Origin: Octopus bimaculoides
Lineage: Eukaryota
Assembly (NCBI RefSeq): GCF_001194135.2
Contig: NC_068992.1
Location: 37,086,725-37,150,724 of the forward strand
DNA length: 64,000 nt
Reading direction: 5' to 3'
Shown here piece by piece: positions 1-12,950 of this stretch; position 1 is the stretch's first letter, and the number at the start of each line of letters is the position of its first letter. The translations under genes were made by a program, and so were the position numbers. Under the pieces are notes generated by a model, which ran no database searches, was not told where the DNA came from, and worked only from the letters and a program-made list of their open reading frames with translations.

Positions 1-1986
1 TTCTTTATTTTCTATTTGAAAATATGGTTATGAAACACAAAAAATCTCTCAAATGTCATTATTTCTAAAAATAAACTTGGCATCATCTCTAAAAATAGCC
101 AAACACCTACTGCTGCTGTCCAAAGGAATATGTATAAAAGACAAAAGAACAGTCAGTCTACTACAGTACATCTGTCAGACTTGAAGACTGCCATGAGGCA
201 GGAAAGTATAGTAGTCCTTATAAATTTAATACTCTATATTCGTATATTCAATAAGACATTCAATACTTCATTTCATTTTACTATTTATATTATTTATTCC
301 ATATTCTATATCCCACATTAATTTTATAAGAATATAAATAAAACATCAAAAACAGAGTTGGAACTCATTCAAATAATACACACACACACATATACATAGA
401 CACACACACACACACACATAGACACACATACATATGCATAGACACACACATACACATATTCCATGCGTTAGAGTTCCTGTAGTGGTTCGTATTTTCCTTG
501 CCTACAAATATACACATACATATAAACATATGATATGTTTCCAGCTGAGGGCTTGAGATTATGGTCCACATTACGGGAGTGAACGTTTACATTAATAACT
601 ATGATAGAAGTTGATATTAAAGGTAGTAAATCTCCGAGTATTGACCAAGATACTGTATTAGTTTCCGTTATTTTGGGGTCAACAAGTTGCTGAATTCTTG
701 TGTGTAGTGGGGAGGGGGTCACTGTCAGTCCCGTAACCTAAATGGTCAGCTATTTTTTGAAAGGCCATGTCGCTGTTATGGTTGGTTAACAGATAACCTA
801 AAAACAAACTAGATGAAAATATATAAATGCATAAAAACAAATAAGCCATGGTCAACTATGGGCAGGTAGAAGAGTAAAAATTAATATTAAGACTTGATTC
901 GATAAGATAAAATTAATTTAAATTAAATCAAAATAATATAAGTAAAGTGTGGATGAATGGATAAGTTAGTGAGTTCGATAGGTTAGAGTGATATGACTAA
1001 GGGGATGTGATCTTAATAGACTGCATACGAAAAATAAGTTATAACAAAGGTATAAAACAGCATACAATAAATGTAATACATGTATCTGTCTAATTAGGTT
1101 AATCAATTGGGGCAGTACAGGGGAAGTTATATGTCGGAAGCTATAAGGACCAATTCCTAACAAGGGATAACCGACCAAAAGGACGGGATAGATTGTTTTT
1201 CAAAGTTGTCGTTTTTCATCGATAAAACTATGTTTGAAATATATTATATCAGATACAATACATTAAATGCAAGGCGCTATGCAAATAGTGTTGAGTTGTT
1301 CAATTAATCAACCAATCAGTCATTCAGTCCATTAATAATTTGTCCATCTATTTATTCAGTTATTTAAGTTAGTGTTTTTTTGTTGTTGTTTTTTTCGCTA
1401 GAAGTAGAATGTTTATGTTGATATGTAAATATGCACAGAATTTTTATCGGTAAGATTGTGCTTAATTGAAGGGGAGTAACTCTGGGATTTATAGCTAATA
1501 ATTTCATAATAAAATACTTAATCAGATAGTTAACCAATCAACCAATTAGCCAATCAATCAATTAATTAATTAATCAATCAATTGGTTCTGTATTGGGATT
1601 GTATATTAATGCTTGCATCCATATACATACATATGCACACACACATACACAAATATATATTTGTGTATACATACATATACATATATATGTATATATAAAT
1701 TCATGATCAAATGTAAAGGATAGCACTAAATATTGTTATTACTCTGTATATTTGTGGGGTGTAATTTAATTGTTTAATGTTATTATAAAGGTTGGGCTAG
1801 TCTATGTGTATTTGTGAAAGGTACATTAATAGACGGGTTGCTAATGCTATTGCCTAAGCCATGTCTGTGTATATTATTATTATCATAAGTATAAGAAATC
1901 ATAACATCTGTATAACATCTGTTAGTATCCATATCTGTTCATACTCATGGTCCAACCATTCCAAATATAAATAAATTATAGGTATG

Positions 1987-2040
<54 letters not shown>

Positions 2041-2325
2041 AAGGTGTCATTCAAAAGTCTATCTTCAGATCTCCAAGTGCCCCAATACTAATACTAATCA
2101 GGTATACATTTACACCATAACCCATGTGTGCACAACATTTTGTATGCACAACCATACTTGTCTTCACCTATACTCTAAAACTCCCTGCATATGCACACAC
2201 TTTCATAAATACATGTATATGCCCATGTACATGACAACATAAATATATCCATAGATCCAGCAATACTTCAATTAGAATACTAATCAGGTACATATTTTTA
2301 TACCTAGATTAACGCGTGTACTCGA

Positions 2326-2356
<31 letters not shown>

Positions 2357-2616
2357 GCCAACCTAGTCCAAACCATCATGCTGAACTCCACATATTTATA
2401 GATGTGTATTTTCATTTTCAAAATACATGTGAGGATATCTAAAACAAATCTATTTAATCCTAAATAGTTTGTGATATATACCCATAAAAGTATGAGCACA
2501 TATCTATAGACACATATGTCCTAACTTATGGCTTGTGTGTATATATATGTGAGTATGTAAATGTATATTTATATATGCATAAATTAGCACTCTGAACTTT
2601 TTAGACCCTCTTCTAA

Positions 2617-2745
2617 ACTCTCTGATGAAGCCTTGAGACACAACCAGTACCCTAATTTTATTTACCGATCACTACAGTACACTGAAAAGATGGAAATAGC
2701 ATGTGAGGTACTGTGACCTCTTGGCAGAAACTGCTGTAAGAAACT
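2617..2745 (+). ncRNA. Hammerhead-ribozyme-like motif (type I) with long extended stem II, probably in a PLE terminal repeat
   Basis: TCT-CTGATGA-(A)GCC at 2619-2632; GGC-A-GAAA-C-TGCT-GTA-AGA at 2723-2741; stem II extended by CAGTACC/GGTACTG; stem I TCT/AGA. One extra nt on each side of the core. Confidence 0.5.
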
Positions 2746-2961
2746 GTTCTTCTTTCTCTATTCCAGAAATTACTGATACTTTACACTTGTATATATATTC
2801 TCATAAATGTTTAAAATAAATAGACATTAACAGTTGATTCATACCACCTCTGGATCCCCTCCATTTTTCTTATTGTCATATATATATATATATATATATA
2901 TATGCATGTATGTATGTATTTATTTATATATGTATGTGTGTGTATGTTTGTGTGTCTGTAT

Positions 2962-3148
2962 TTATCCCCCACCATAGCTTGACAGCCAATGCTAGTGTGT
3001 TTACATCCCTGAAACTTAGCGGTTCGGCAAAAGAGACCAATCGAATAAGTACTAGGCTTGCAAAGAATAAGTCCTTAGGTCAATGATTTGTTTGACTAAA
3101 GGCGGAGTTCCAGCATGCCAGCAGTCAAATAAGTGAAACAAATAAAAG
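2962..3148 (+). mobile_element. SINE fragment (3' part of the family also at 3438-3845 and 41640-42340)
   Basis: Shares CTTAGCGGTTCGGCAAAAGAGAC...AGTACTAGGCTT...CAGTCAAAT block with the other two copies. Confidence 0.75.
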
Positions 3149-3168
3149 AATATATATGTGTATATCTT

Positions 3169-3278
3169 NNNNNNNNNNNNNNNNNNNNNNNNNNNNNNNN
3201 NNNNNNNNNNNNNNNNNNNNNNNNNNNNNNNNNNNNNNNNNNNNNNNNNNNNNNNNNNNNNNNNNNNNNNNNNNNNNN
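3169..3278. other. Assembly gap (N run); other gaps at 20819-21049, 41992-42073, 51364-51373, 58297-58785
   Basis: N characters, mostly flanked by microsatellites. Confidence 0.99.
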
Positions 3279-3344
3279 TATACATATACATATATATATA
3301 TATATATATACATACACACACACACACATACATATATACATACA

Positions 3345-4836
3345 TCTATATATGTAAGTGTGTAATGGTGACTGTCTGTGTTTGGGGGTTATTCTAACTC
3401 TTCCCACACCATCCAACCGATTTTAATGATTTTTGGCACATAGGCGTGGGAATGGCTGTGTCGTAAGTAGCTTGGTTCCTGGTTCAGTCCCACTGCGTGT
3501 TACCCTGGGCAAGTGTCTTCTACTATAGCCTCGGGCTGACCATAGCCTTGTGAGTGCATTTGGTAGACGGAAACTGAAAGAAGCCCGTCGTATATATGTA
3601 TATATATATATATGTATGCGTGTGTATATGTTTGTGTGACTATGTTTGTCCCCCCAACATTGCTTGACAACCGATGGTAGTGTGTTTACGTCCCCGTAAT
3701 CTAGTGGTTCGGCTTAAGAGATCGATAGAATAAGTACTAGGCTTCCAAAGAATAAATCCTTGGGTCGATTTGCTCGACTAAAGGCGGTGCTCCAGCATGG
3801 CCACAGTCAAATGACTGAAACAAGTAAAAAGAGTAAAAAAAGAGAGTATAGGTAGATCACATGCCCTGAAGTTCAAATAAGGCATCGATTTTTGTAAGCT
3901 CAATCGGGCGTTTGAATGGAAATTCCCATAGCGATGTTATTTGTCCTGCAGCTTTTGCATTTTTTGTCCAATTTTGATGAAAATCGATGAGTGAGCGAGA
4001 CTCATGGCAGTGAGTTGATGTCAGTATATGGTGTTGACAAAAAATCGATAATTCCACCTGAGCAATGGTTTTATAAAATCAATAGGCTTTTTGCATGCAA
4101 ATTCCATAGGGATTTTACTTTTGGCTGTAACTTTTATATATTTTAACCGATTTTAATGACATTTGAGATGTAAATAAATTTTGTGGTTTGGGGGCGGTAA
4201 AGGTGTTTATTTAATTCAAAAGGGCTTGAAATGGGCACATATGCCAATAAGCATTTCCATAGAGACATTCTTATCGATTTTATAGAAATATTACATGTGA
4301 TGCCTGCATGAAAAGTTGACAAAAAATCGATAACTACGTGTGAGCGGTGGATTTTAAGAAATCAATAGGATTTTTGTATGCAACTACCCATAGGATTAAT
4401 ATTTTATGCTGTAACTTTTACAGAATTCATCCGATTTTGATGAAATTTGACATTTAGATAAAGTTTATGGTCTGAGTAATGTAGTAGAATTAAAATTAAA
4501 CTGGTGAAAGGCAGATATCATCATAACTTACTCACAATAGAATAATAAACTGATTTTGAAGAAAATTGACCCATGAGTAAAATTTCGACATATGAAACAT
4601 CGATTATTCATATACTGTATTGGGATTTAAAAGTCAATTGGATATTTTCATGTAAATGGTCACATGGATTCTATTTTATGACATAACCTTAACACTTTTC
4701 TTTGGATTTTGCTGAGATTGGACATGCTGATCAATTTTGTATAGAAGATGGCATTAACGGGAGAGAAATAAACAAACATCACTCTCAACAAGTCGAGGTA
4801 CATTCAAAAGTTTGACTGCGAGTTCAGACGGTCTAG
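3345..4836 (+). mobile_element. Putative non-autonomous Helitron-like element with diverged internal tandem units, interrupted by a SINE
   Basis: A|TCTATATAT start at 3345; AACCGATTTTAATGATTTTTGG motif ~3415; about four diverged 150-300 bp units (AATCGAT...CAATAGG...CCATAGG...CTGTAACTTTT...CCGATTTTGATGAAATTT) over 3880-4760; CTAG|T at 4833-4837 with only a weak hairpin. Confidence 0.45.
3438..3845 (+). mobile_element. tRNA-derived SINE (bipartite, microsatellite in middle)
   Basis: Head TGGCTGTGTCGTAAG...GGTTCAGTCCC (A/B-box-like), body GGCAAGTGTCTTCTACTATAGCCTCGGG, A-rich tail; homologous copies elsewhere in window. Confidence 0.8.
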
Positions 4837-4949
4837 TATGTAGGAGCCTGTCGAAAGCGTTAACTGGGTAAAATCCCTGCAGAACCAGATATAACATTTT
4901 AATGGGTAATAGCTTGCACGGGGAACGTAGAAGATTTCAATACAAGGTC

Positions 4950-5420
4950 AGAGGTGGGCTTAACTTCAATACGGAAAACACGAGCAATGCCGGATCCAAC
5001 AGATAGTATATACATATATTCATATATATACATATATATAAACATATATATACATATACATACATATACATATATATATATGTATATATATATATATGTA
5101 TGTATGTATATATATATATGTATATATGTGCTTCGGAGAACCTGATATACGCACTAATCTGCTCTGGGTGTCAAGAGCAATACATAGGCCAAACAAAAAA
5201 CAGTTTATGTAAAAGAATGGCTCTGCATAGATCCCAGATCAAAATTCCCCCAAAACAGAAAAATAGCATTCAGCCAACACATCAACATTTGTGCCAACAA
5301 CAAAAATCCAAGCTTCAGAAATTTTACCCTCTACCAATTCAGTGACGATACAACCTGTAGCCAACGAATTAGTAAAGATACTCTCTTTATTACAAAATAC
5401 AGTCCCGTTTGAACGCATCT
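4950..5420 (+). mobile_element. Penelope-like element GIY-YIG endonuclease fragment
   Basis: SENLIYALICSGCQEQYIGQTKNSLCKRMALHRSQI (ORF 5100-5345): IY..C..C..YIG.T...R...H pattern; (TA)n inserted upstream. Confidence 0.75.
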
Positions 5421-5677
5421 ACAACAAATGACATATCCACCACGGCCTTAGAATAACACAAACAGACATGCAAATATTAAAAATGATACACTCAAGAGAT
5501 TCCCAAGAAATCATAAAAAAAACAGTCCCAATCACTGCTATAATCCATAACAAGCCACTTTTAGGTCACTTGACCATTTAACACCCTACTACTATCATAC
5601 TAGCTACATTCCTTCTTATTCTCCCATCTCTTTCTCTTTCTTCTTCGTCTTCTTCCTCTTCGCCACCTCCTCTGTAT

Positions 5678-5747
<70 letters not shown>

Positions 5748-6079
5748 ATTTAATACACAGCCAAATTTCATGTTTTAACTGGTAATATCTATAAAATATG
5801 CCGTGTATCTCCAATCAATCTTTCAGACTCTGTTTATGCATTATATATATTTTAAAAACAGAGATGCTGGATAATGATAGAATAAGACAGAAAAAAAGAA
5901 GAGAAGAAAAACGCAAAGTAAGTTAATGCAAAATTTGGAACGAGAAGAAAGAAAAGAAAGGAAGACCTCTCAGATCCCCGTCCTCTCTGGTTGCAGAATT
6001 ACATCGGTATATGTATATCAGTATATGTGATTTCAAAAACATTAAGCACCTATCTTTTTTCCAGCACTTTGACAAAAGT

Positions 6080-7640
6080 AATGCAAATCAGTTGGTTAGC
6101 CACATACAATTAAGTGGAGAATCGTAGAAAAATTCAAGCCATATGTTAATGGATCTAAGAAATGCAATTTAGGTGTAGCAGAACGATTTCATATTCTTCT
6201 GAGATCCAAGAAGTTCAACATATTGCTTAATTTCAGATCTGAAGATTTTAGCAGGTACAAACACATGGCTAGGTTTCTTTTGTTGAATTGGAGGCCACCA
6301 CCCGCGCCGGAATATGTCAAAGTCTTGTGGACTTTGACAAATTTTCTGTTATTTTGTTCTATACCAGCTGAATTAATTGTGGTTTCTGCTACAACAATGG
6401 GATAATAGTAACACTGTAATAGATTGGTTTAACAATATAAAGGATAAGCATAGGGTTAGATTTACTCAGTTTGATATTATAGATTTTTATCCCTCTATAA
6501 AGCAATTGAGTTTACAAAAGCAAATGTTGATAGACTTAGACTTTATCATGCATGTGAGAAAAATGTTTCTATTTAGTAAGGGTCCAGCATGGGTTAAAGA
6601 TTTGATGTATCGATGGGATTGTATGACAGTACTGACATCTTTGATCTTGTAAGTCTTTTTACATTAAATACTTTGAGATCCAAGTTCCCATCCCACGATG
6701 TTGATTTATACCAAGACAATGGACTGGGAATTTCCCATGGCTGTGTGACTCCATTACAAATTTATCAAGAAAAAACTCCTTGCTACTATTAGTCAATTAA
6801 GCCTCAAAATCACTGTTACTACTAATCTGTCAAAATTTGATTTTTTAGATGTTTCACCAGGTCTAAAACCTCACGCTTATAAACCGTACCATAAGCCTAA
6901 CAAGAAAATCTCCTACATACATAAACAACCCTGCTGCCTCTCTATAGTATTTAGAAACCTGATAGCTAACATTAGTAATAGGATATCCAATCTCTTCCTC
7001 CAAAGAAATTTTTGATGAGGCAGCCCCCTACTATATAACAGTGCCCTAGCTAACAATGGCTCCAAATATAAGATATATTACAGCCCTTCTAGTAATAATA
7101 TGAATCATAAAAATAGACCTAAGAATAGAATAGGAAAATAATTTGGTTAGCCCCACCTTCTCCCTAAATATTGAAACTAACAAATACAGAAAGATCTTCA
7201 ACAACATATTGGGGCAGCAGCTATATAATAATTTAATTAAGCGTTTGTTAAAGATCATTACCCATAGACACCATCAAGAGCCCATTCCCAGTTGCAACTG
7301 TTGAGACTTGGAGCTTATGCGAAGGTGAATTCAAAAGACGCTATGCTGATTACCTATTTTCTTTCTGGCATGTAGACAAAAGTAAAGCCACTAAGTTAAA
7401 TCACCACATATGGAGCTTGAAGACCATCTTGATGTCACATGCAATCAAGTGGAAAATCGTAGCGAAATCCATGCCATATGTTAATGGATCTATAAAGTGC
7501 AAGTTATGCATAGCTGATAGATCGCATATCCTTTTTAGATCTGAGAATCCCACTGCACTGCTGAATTTCAGATTGGAAATTTTCATCAAATGCAAAACAT
7601 GCACAAGTTTCTTTTGGTGAACTGGAGAACGCCACCCTCA
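6080..7640 (+). mobile_element. Degenerate Penelope-like element: 3' repeat piece (6080-6330) followed by RT and endonuclease C-terminus
   Basis: VIDWFNNIKDKHRVRFTQFDIIDFYPSI; decayed LYQDNGL (YRDD motif); WKIVAKSMPYVNGSIKCKLCIADRSHILFRSEN; the 6080-6330 block repeats the 7430-7640 block. Confidence 0.8.
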
Positions 7641-7926
7641 CCAGATTGAGCAGTTGCATCACTGAATTTAGAGCCTTTCCATTGATTCTACACCAACTAG
7701 CTTTATGGCAAAGGGATCATAATTCTAATTCTCTTCTTTTTTTTTTTTGAATCTACCTTTTTCTCATGATTTCTCTTTTCCTATTGTCCTGATTAGTAAT
7801 AGGCCATGTGCTCAGAGAATGAAAATTACTTGGAGATACTAGGTGTAATATTAAAACCTGCCTAGAAAATATCTCCAATGTATGAAACTATTTATAGCTC
7901 ACAACTATATACTGTGTACATTAAAC

Positions 7927-7970
<44 letters not shown>

Positions 7971-8095
7971 CCGGAGTAAGCACATAAATGTGAAACAAGG
8001 TGGAAAAAAGAGTTCTCAAATACCAGAGGTAGAGTAATATGCTTTATTTAACAGCTTTTGTTATATTTCTGCTGCCTTTAAATAAAGTATACACA

Positions 8096-8147
<52 letters not shown>

Positions 8148-8181
8148 CACACACACACACAAACACACATTACATACATAC

Positions 8182-8633
8182 TCTGGGATTGATTAAGTGA
8201 TGTAGACACTGCTGATGAGAACTCATAAGATTCAAATATCAATTAAAGCTGTTCATCACTTTTTCAATCTACAGAGAAATAAATTCACTCTGTTTATATA
8301 TTTACTGCATAGGCTACATGTATTATATCATACCTTGAAACTGTGTGAACTGATATCCACAATGACAGGCCACTAACATTAAATAAAATACTGAATACTT
8401 ATAGTATGCAAATTAGTCGCTCCAGCTCTCTGAAGCAACTGGATCTGTTGTGTATATAAACAATTTGGCTCCTTCCTTTTTTTTTTTTTTTCTGAGATCT
8501 GTTAAATGACAGAGACACTTTTGATGCAAACCCAATAAAATCTGAAAATTGATTATGACTGTTTGCTGTTTTTTTTTTTTTTTCAATCTGCAGAGAAATA
8601 GTTAAATTTGCCCTGTTTAAACATTTACTGCAT
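8182..8633 (-). repeat. Pair of diverged ~130-140 nt paralogous blocks (8182-8310 and 8491-8633)
   Basis: Both read on minus strand ATGCAGTAAAT...TAAACAG...TATTTCTCTGYAGATTGAAAAA...AACAG...CATCA..AGTGTCT...ATCYCAGA. Confidence 0.7.
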
Positions 8634-8829
8634 TGGTTATATATATATATACATATAAGGGAAGAGTATCTGTATGCATGTATATATGTGTAAGTATCCA
8701 TTTTTCAAATTGTATGTCAATACTTTGTACCTGAATATCTGAAATGTTGTATAGAGGCCTGAAAACCTGTCTTGAGCAATATGTCTTTCTATTTATTATA
8801 TTGTCCAATATTTCCATCCTTGTGAAGGC

Positions 8830-9140
8830 ACATGGCTCAGTGGTTATGAGTTCTATTCCTGGGCCAGGCTGTGCATTGTGTTCTTGAGCAAGACACTTTA
8901 TTTTACCTTGCTCCAATTCACTCAAATCTAGAAATGAGTTGCAATGTCATTGGTGCCAAGTTGTTTTGGTAGTCTCCTTTCCCTTGGACAACATCAGTGG
9001 CATGGACAGGGGAGACTGGTATGCATGGGTGACTGCTTGTCTTCCACAAAACAAACTTGCCTGGACTTGTGCCTCAGAAGGGAATTTTGTAGGTGCAATC
9101 CTATGGTTACTCATGACAGAAGGGGGTCTTCACCCTTCTA
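8830..9140 (+). mobile_element. Degenerate tRNA-derived SINE
   Basis: TGGCTCAGTGGTT...GAGTTCTATTCC head, then TTGAGCAAGACACTTTATT body. Confidence 0.55.
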
Positions 9141-9516
9141 CCCAATCTTTCAAAAGGAGTAGACAATTACAAAATAGTTCATTAAAAGAAACATATACAT
9201 ACATGTATATAGATATTTTTTTTATTCTTAATATTTCAAAAGGTAACAAAATATTAGTAAGAAAATAAGGCACAATATTCCAAAATTCTTCTGGTGGCAA
9301 TCTATCAATATTTTATATAAAGCCCCAATTTATATAACATACAAATTGTTTTGTATCTCTTTTCTTTTCTCTCTAGATACTGAAACTGAATCTAAAACAA
9401 ACTTTTGCTTTTGTTTTTCTCTTTTGTTTTGTCATGTTGTTCTTTTCTGATGAGGTCTGTATCAGAAATATTCAATATTTAAGCATGATAGAATAATGTG
9501 CTTGTCTGATTAATTT

Positions 9517-9597
9517 TCATTTCTTTTTTGTTTTCTTATCCTCCTGCTCATTCAGCACAGTTATTCCAATAATTTCTTCAATGCTATTAATGGCCTC
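9517..9597 (-). CDS. Candidate terminal coding exon of unidentified host gene (EAINSIEEIIGITVLNEQEDKKTKKK*)
   Basis: Pyrimidine-rich acceptor TTTTCTATTCCTCATGTTCCCAG, open phase-0 frame to TGA at 9517-9519; no homology recognised. Confidence 0.4.
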   Translation of the reverse strand, partial: EAINSIEEIIGITVLNEQEDKKTKKK

Positions 9598-10847
9598 CTG
9601 GGAACATGAGGAATAGAAAATATCAAAATAAAATAAAGAGTAAAAACAATATTTTTTAAATAACAAAAACTTTTAATGAGAAATAAAGCAGTTAAAACAA
9701 CAAATATTAACATTATCACACATAGTAACTATCATGCCACAAATATTATAAAAAATTTGTACTTGATAATTTCCATAGTTATTCAACTTGAATATTATCT
9801 AATTCAATATGCCAAGTTATCAAGGTTGTATAAAAGAAACACTGGTATTAGAATTGAAATGGAAGTCAACCATTTTAAGTCTGTAGCCTTTGCTTAAAGC
9901 AGCCCTGAAAAATTATCTGCTTTAAAATCAATTCAGTATAATGGAATTTCAATCTTTTTTTTTTAGATATGATATGCTTCCATCTCTGTCAGTTTAATAC
10001 ATTAAAATCAGATTTAAAGTTACAACAGTTGTATGTAGTATTATCCACTATATAAATTTGCCAGCACATATGGACTGTTAAAAATTTTAATATGATAATG
10101 ACTATTTGAATAGCTATTCATAGCAGTGACCATCATTTGATAGTGTCTAAAAAAGATGGAATTTACATTCAGTGAGAGATAAAAATTAAATTAAAAAGAA
10201 AACAAAAACAAAGTTTAATCTTATGAATATTTGTTCCAAGAATAATTTTATGTCTGTTTACTTTGCTCTGAAAAATATTTTTATTTTATGGATTATTATT
10301 GGAATATTTTATTTCATGCTGAAATTATTTAAATTTAAAAACAAACATCTAACAATTGATTTCAATAAATATTATTTTGTTTGTAATTATTTTTTTAGTT
10401 TCCTTCTACACTATATTTTTCTGTCTACTTATAACTTTTATCAATATGCACTTGCTCATAATTTTTTCTATATTTTTTGCAAACAAAATCTTTCTTAACA
10501 TACATTTAGAAGGAAAATAATATGAGGAAAGAAAAAGAAAAACGTTTTCCAAGAGAAATCAATGTTTAATAACAAAGATAATTCAAAAATACTAAAAAAT
10601 ATTGAAAATTTCATAATCAAAACTACTGAAACCAATACAAAACACAAGTAAATTCTGGGAAACAGAAATAAACTTGGAACATATTTTACAGTCACTATTT
10701 AATATCATTATATTAATAATGATGCATGAAATTACAGTTAAGAGGTGTCAGATTAATTGTGAAGATGTGATATTCATACCCTTCTAAAGAACAAAAACCA
10801 AGTTTCTAAACCTTGAATAATAGGTTAACACTTACCACATCAAGTCT

Positions 10848-10985
10848 AATGATGATGGTGATGGTGATGGTGATGGTGATGGTGATGATGAGGATAATGA
10901 TGATGAGGATGATGATGATGATAATGATGATGATAAATAAATAAATAATGATGATGATAACAATGATAATAAAAATAATAATAGT
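10848..10985 (+). repeat. Compound (GAT/GGT/AAT)n microsatellite
   Basis: Direct reading. Confidence 0.95.
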
Positions 10986-11260
10986 TAGTAGATGATTTGA
11001 AGTGGGAAGTATGAAGGTTGTGGTCAATGAGGAGAGTAGATGTGATACCAATAATAATTGGCACACTTGGAAGTATCAACACTCAACTACCAATGTGGCT
11101 CAAAAACATTGGTACAAAGGTAAGGATAGAACATCTACAAAAGTCAGCACTGCTTGGAACTGCAAGAATTCTTCGCAGGGTTCTTGAAGTAAACAAGAGT
11201 CACCTCAGTCTGCTGGCTGTGGACAGCTGACACTTTCCATCATACCCAGCAAAATAATAA
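10985..11260 (+). mobile_element. 3' end of R4/Dong-like (REL endonuclease) LINE
   Basis: WSMRRVDVIPIIIGTLGS...LQKSALLGTARILRRVLE is the typical C-terminus of REL-type LINE ORFs; abuts a microsatellite. Confidence 0.8.
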
Positions 11261-11264
11261 ACTG

Positions 11265-11900
11265 CCCTGATGCAATACCAACCAGTGGCTCTCATGGCTT
11301 CCGATCTTAATTAATTGGATTGTTATCATTACATGTTTTTGTCTTGGTGTAAAACATGGGCTACAGCAAATATTCTGCTCAATACCACACATTTGCTTGT
11401 CAATTTCTTGACCTTAACCAGTTGAGTATGTCCCTTAGTGGCTAATAATATGTGCATCTCTAATCATGAACAGAAATAGTGGTGGAGCCATATGCTGAAA
11501 GTAATTCTTTGGGGTTTGAATAATTCCCCCCTGGAAACCTGGGTGTTTTGTTCATCATCCTAAAACAACTTCTATTCAGGGATCTTTTGCATTGGTTGAG
11601 CCACTCAGCCTGAAGAAAATTCTAACAGGAACCTACCTGCAAATTCATGTATTGTTTATCTTGATATGAGATCAGTATGTCGCGTGCATATGGTTGTAAT
11701 GCATGTGACTGGTGTACCCATATCAAACAGGTAATAATGATGGGTATATTGGGCTTCATATATTCTAGGTAAGGGGGCTAATCAATTACATTGATCCCAG
11801 TACCCAACTAGTACTTATTTTATTGACCCTAAGGGATGAAAGGTAAAGTTGACCTCAGTAGCATTTGAACTCAGAACCTAAAGCCAGAAGAAATGCTAGT
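11265..11900. mobile_element. Unclassified interspersed repeat (11265-11765) plus degenerate SINE on minus strand (11766-11900)
   Basis: Resembles abundant Octopus repeats as recalled; minus strand has GTTCTGAGTTCAAAT B-box-like motif; not verified by search. Confidence 0.45.
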
Positions 11901-11949
11901 ACAAAGCCAATAATCTGTAAAGGGATAGATGTAGTTAATTTCTTTTTTA

Positions 11950-12950
11950 TATCATTAAGTGAAAGGTGGAGGGTAGTGCCCTTGACATTTGCAGGATAAC
12001 CTAGTTCAGCACAGTTAATGTGATTGACATTCAAATTAAACTTCTCCATATTGTCACCAATGAGAGTGCCAGTGGAAATAAACTGCAGAGAATTGATTAG
12101 CAGCATATATATTGCAGGAATTGGCAAGTGAAGTAAAGTAGAGAAAGCAAGTGGTGACATATGTACATCAGTTGTCTTTGGGTGGAAGTAGTATGCAGTT
12201 TTCTTATTTTCAGAATCAGATACCCTCATAAAACGGTAAAAGAAATAGCAAAAGGAAACAACACAACTGTAATCAAATGACAGTATTGAGCTGTTGATGG
12301 AATCTTTGCAAATCAAATGAATTGTCATGTTAAGAAGTTTCCTAAGTTATTTAGCTGTGTAGCAGCACTACCCTAGGTGTATCAAACTTGAGTTTTGTAG
12401 AGTTTCAGCTTCACCAGTATTGAAGTATCTTTTAGTGCAACACAGGATACCTAGACTTTGGGATGCTGGTTTGGGAATGCTATAGATTATGAAGCCTAGC
12501 ATTGATAAAATTTCTGAAATTTTAGTTGTATAATAGAGAAAGTATTACAAATATGTCTACTTACTATATTTACTGGCTGCATCCGAGTGTTATTGAATGG
12601 GATAAGCTGGCCCTATTCTGAATGGAAGATGACTACTAGATCTCTCTTTATAGAGTAAGTGCATAGTGTTGAGGAGTATACATAGATGTGACAAGAATAT
12701 AATTAATGAACAGAAGAAACAATATGAGAGATGTAACAATTGAGTGTAGCAGAGTTGATGAAATGAATGACAGAGAGTATCCCACACTGCATTAGAACAC
12801 TCTGAGAGGGAACCCTTGACCTGAGATAAGTGAGCAACTTTGATAGGATGCTTTCATGGTTGAAAGCTATATTGATGTCAAGACCAATAACATATTTAGC
12901 TGTGTAAGGGTTATAGATTTGCATACCAAGTGGGGTAAAATTAATCATAC
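11950..12950 (-). mobile_element. Degenerate APE-type LINE ORF2 (RT and C-terminus)
   Basis: Decayed motifs VIGLDINIAFN-HESILSKL (LDIxKAFD), RVPSQSVL (GVPQGSVL), HIYVYSSTL (YADDSTL), KLYKTQV, SFCYFFYRF. Confidence 0.65.

Noticed and set aside
468-1200. Possible PLE fragment (NTVSWSILG motif)
   Set aside because: Similarity too weak to support a call without alignment.
8334-8445. Two-exon reading IQLLQRAGATNLHTI-MACHCGYQFTQFQ
   Set aside because: Would need a 26-nt intron (8373-8398), implausibly short for a mollusc.
8182-8633. Calling the paralogous blocks H/ACA or C/D snoRNAs
   Set aside because: H box non-canonical, ACA position not conserved between copies, no conserved box C/D pair; kept only as an unassigned finding.
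9424-9460. CTGATGA-GGT...ATC-A-GAAA hammerhead-like motif
   Set aside because: Explained by a simple 8-bp inverted repeat (TTTCTGAT/ATCAGAAA); stems I and III weak; no PLE context.
11855-12328. 157-aa hydrophobic ORF resembling a membrane protein
   Set aside because: Collinear with decayed LINE RT motifs upstream on the same strand; best read as a LINE ORF2 C-terminus running into a SINE.
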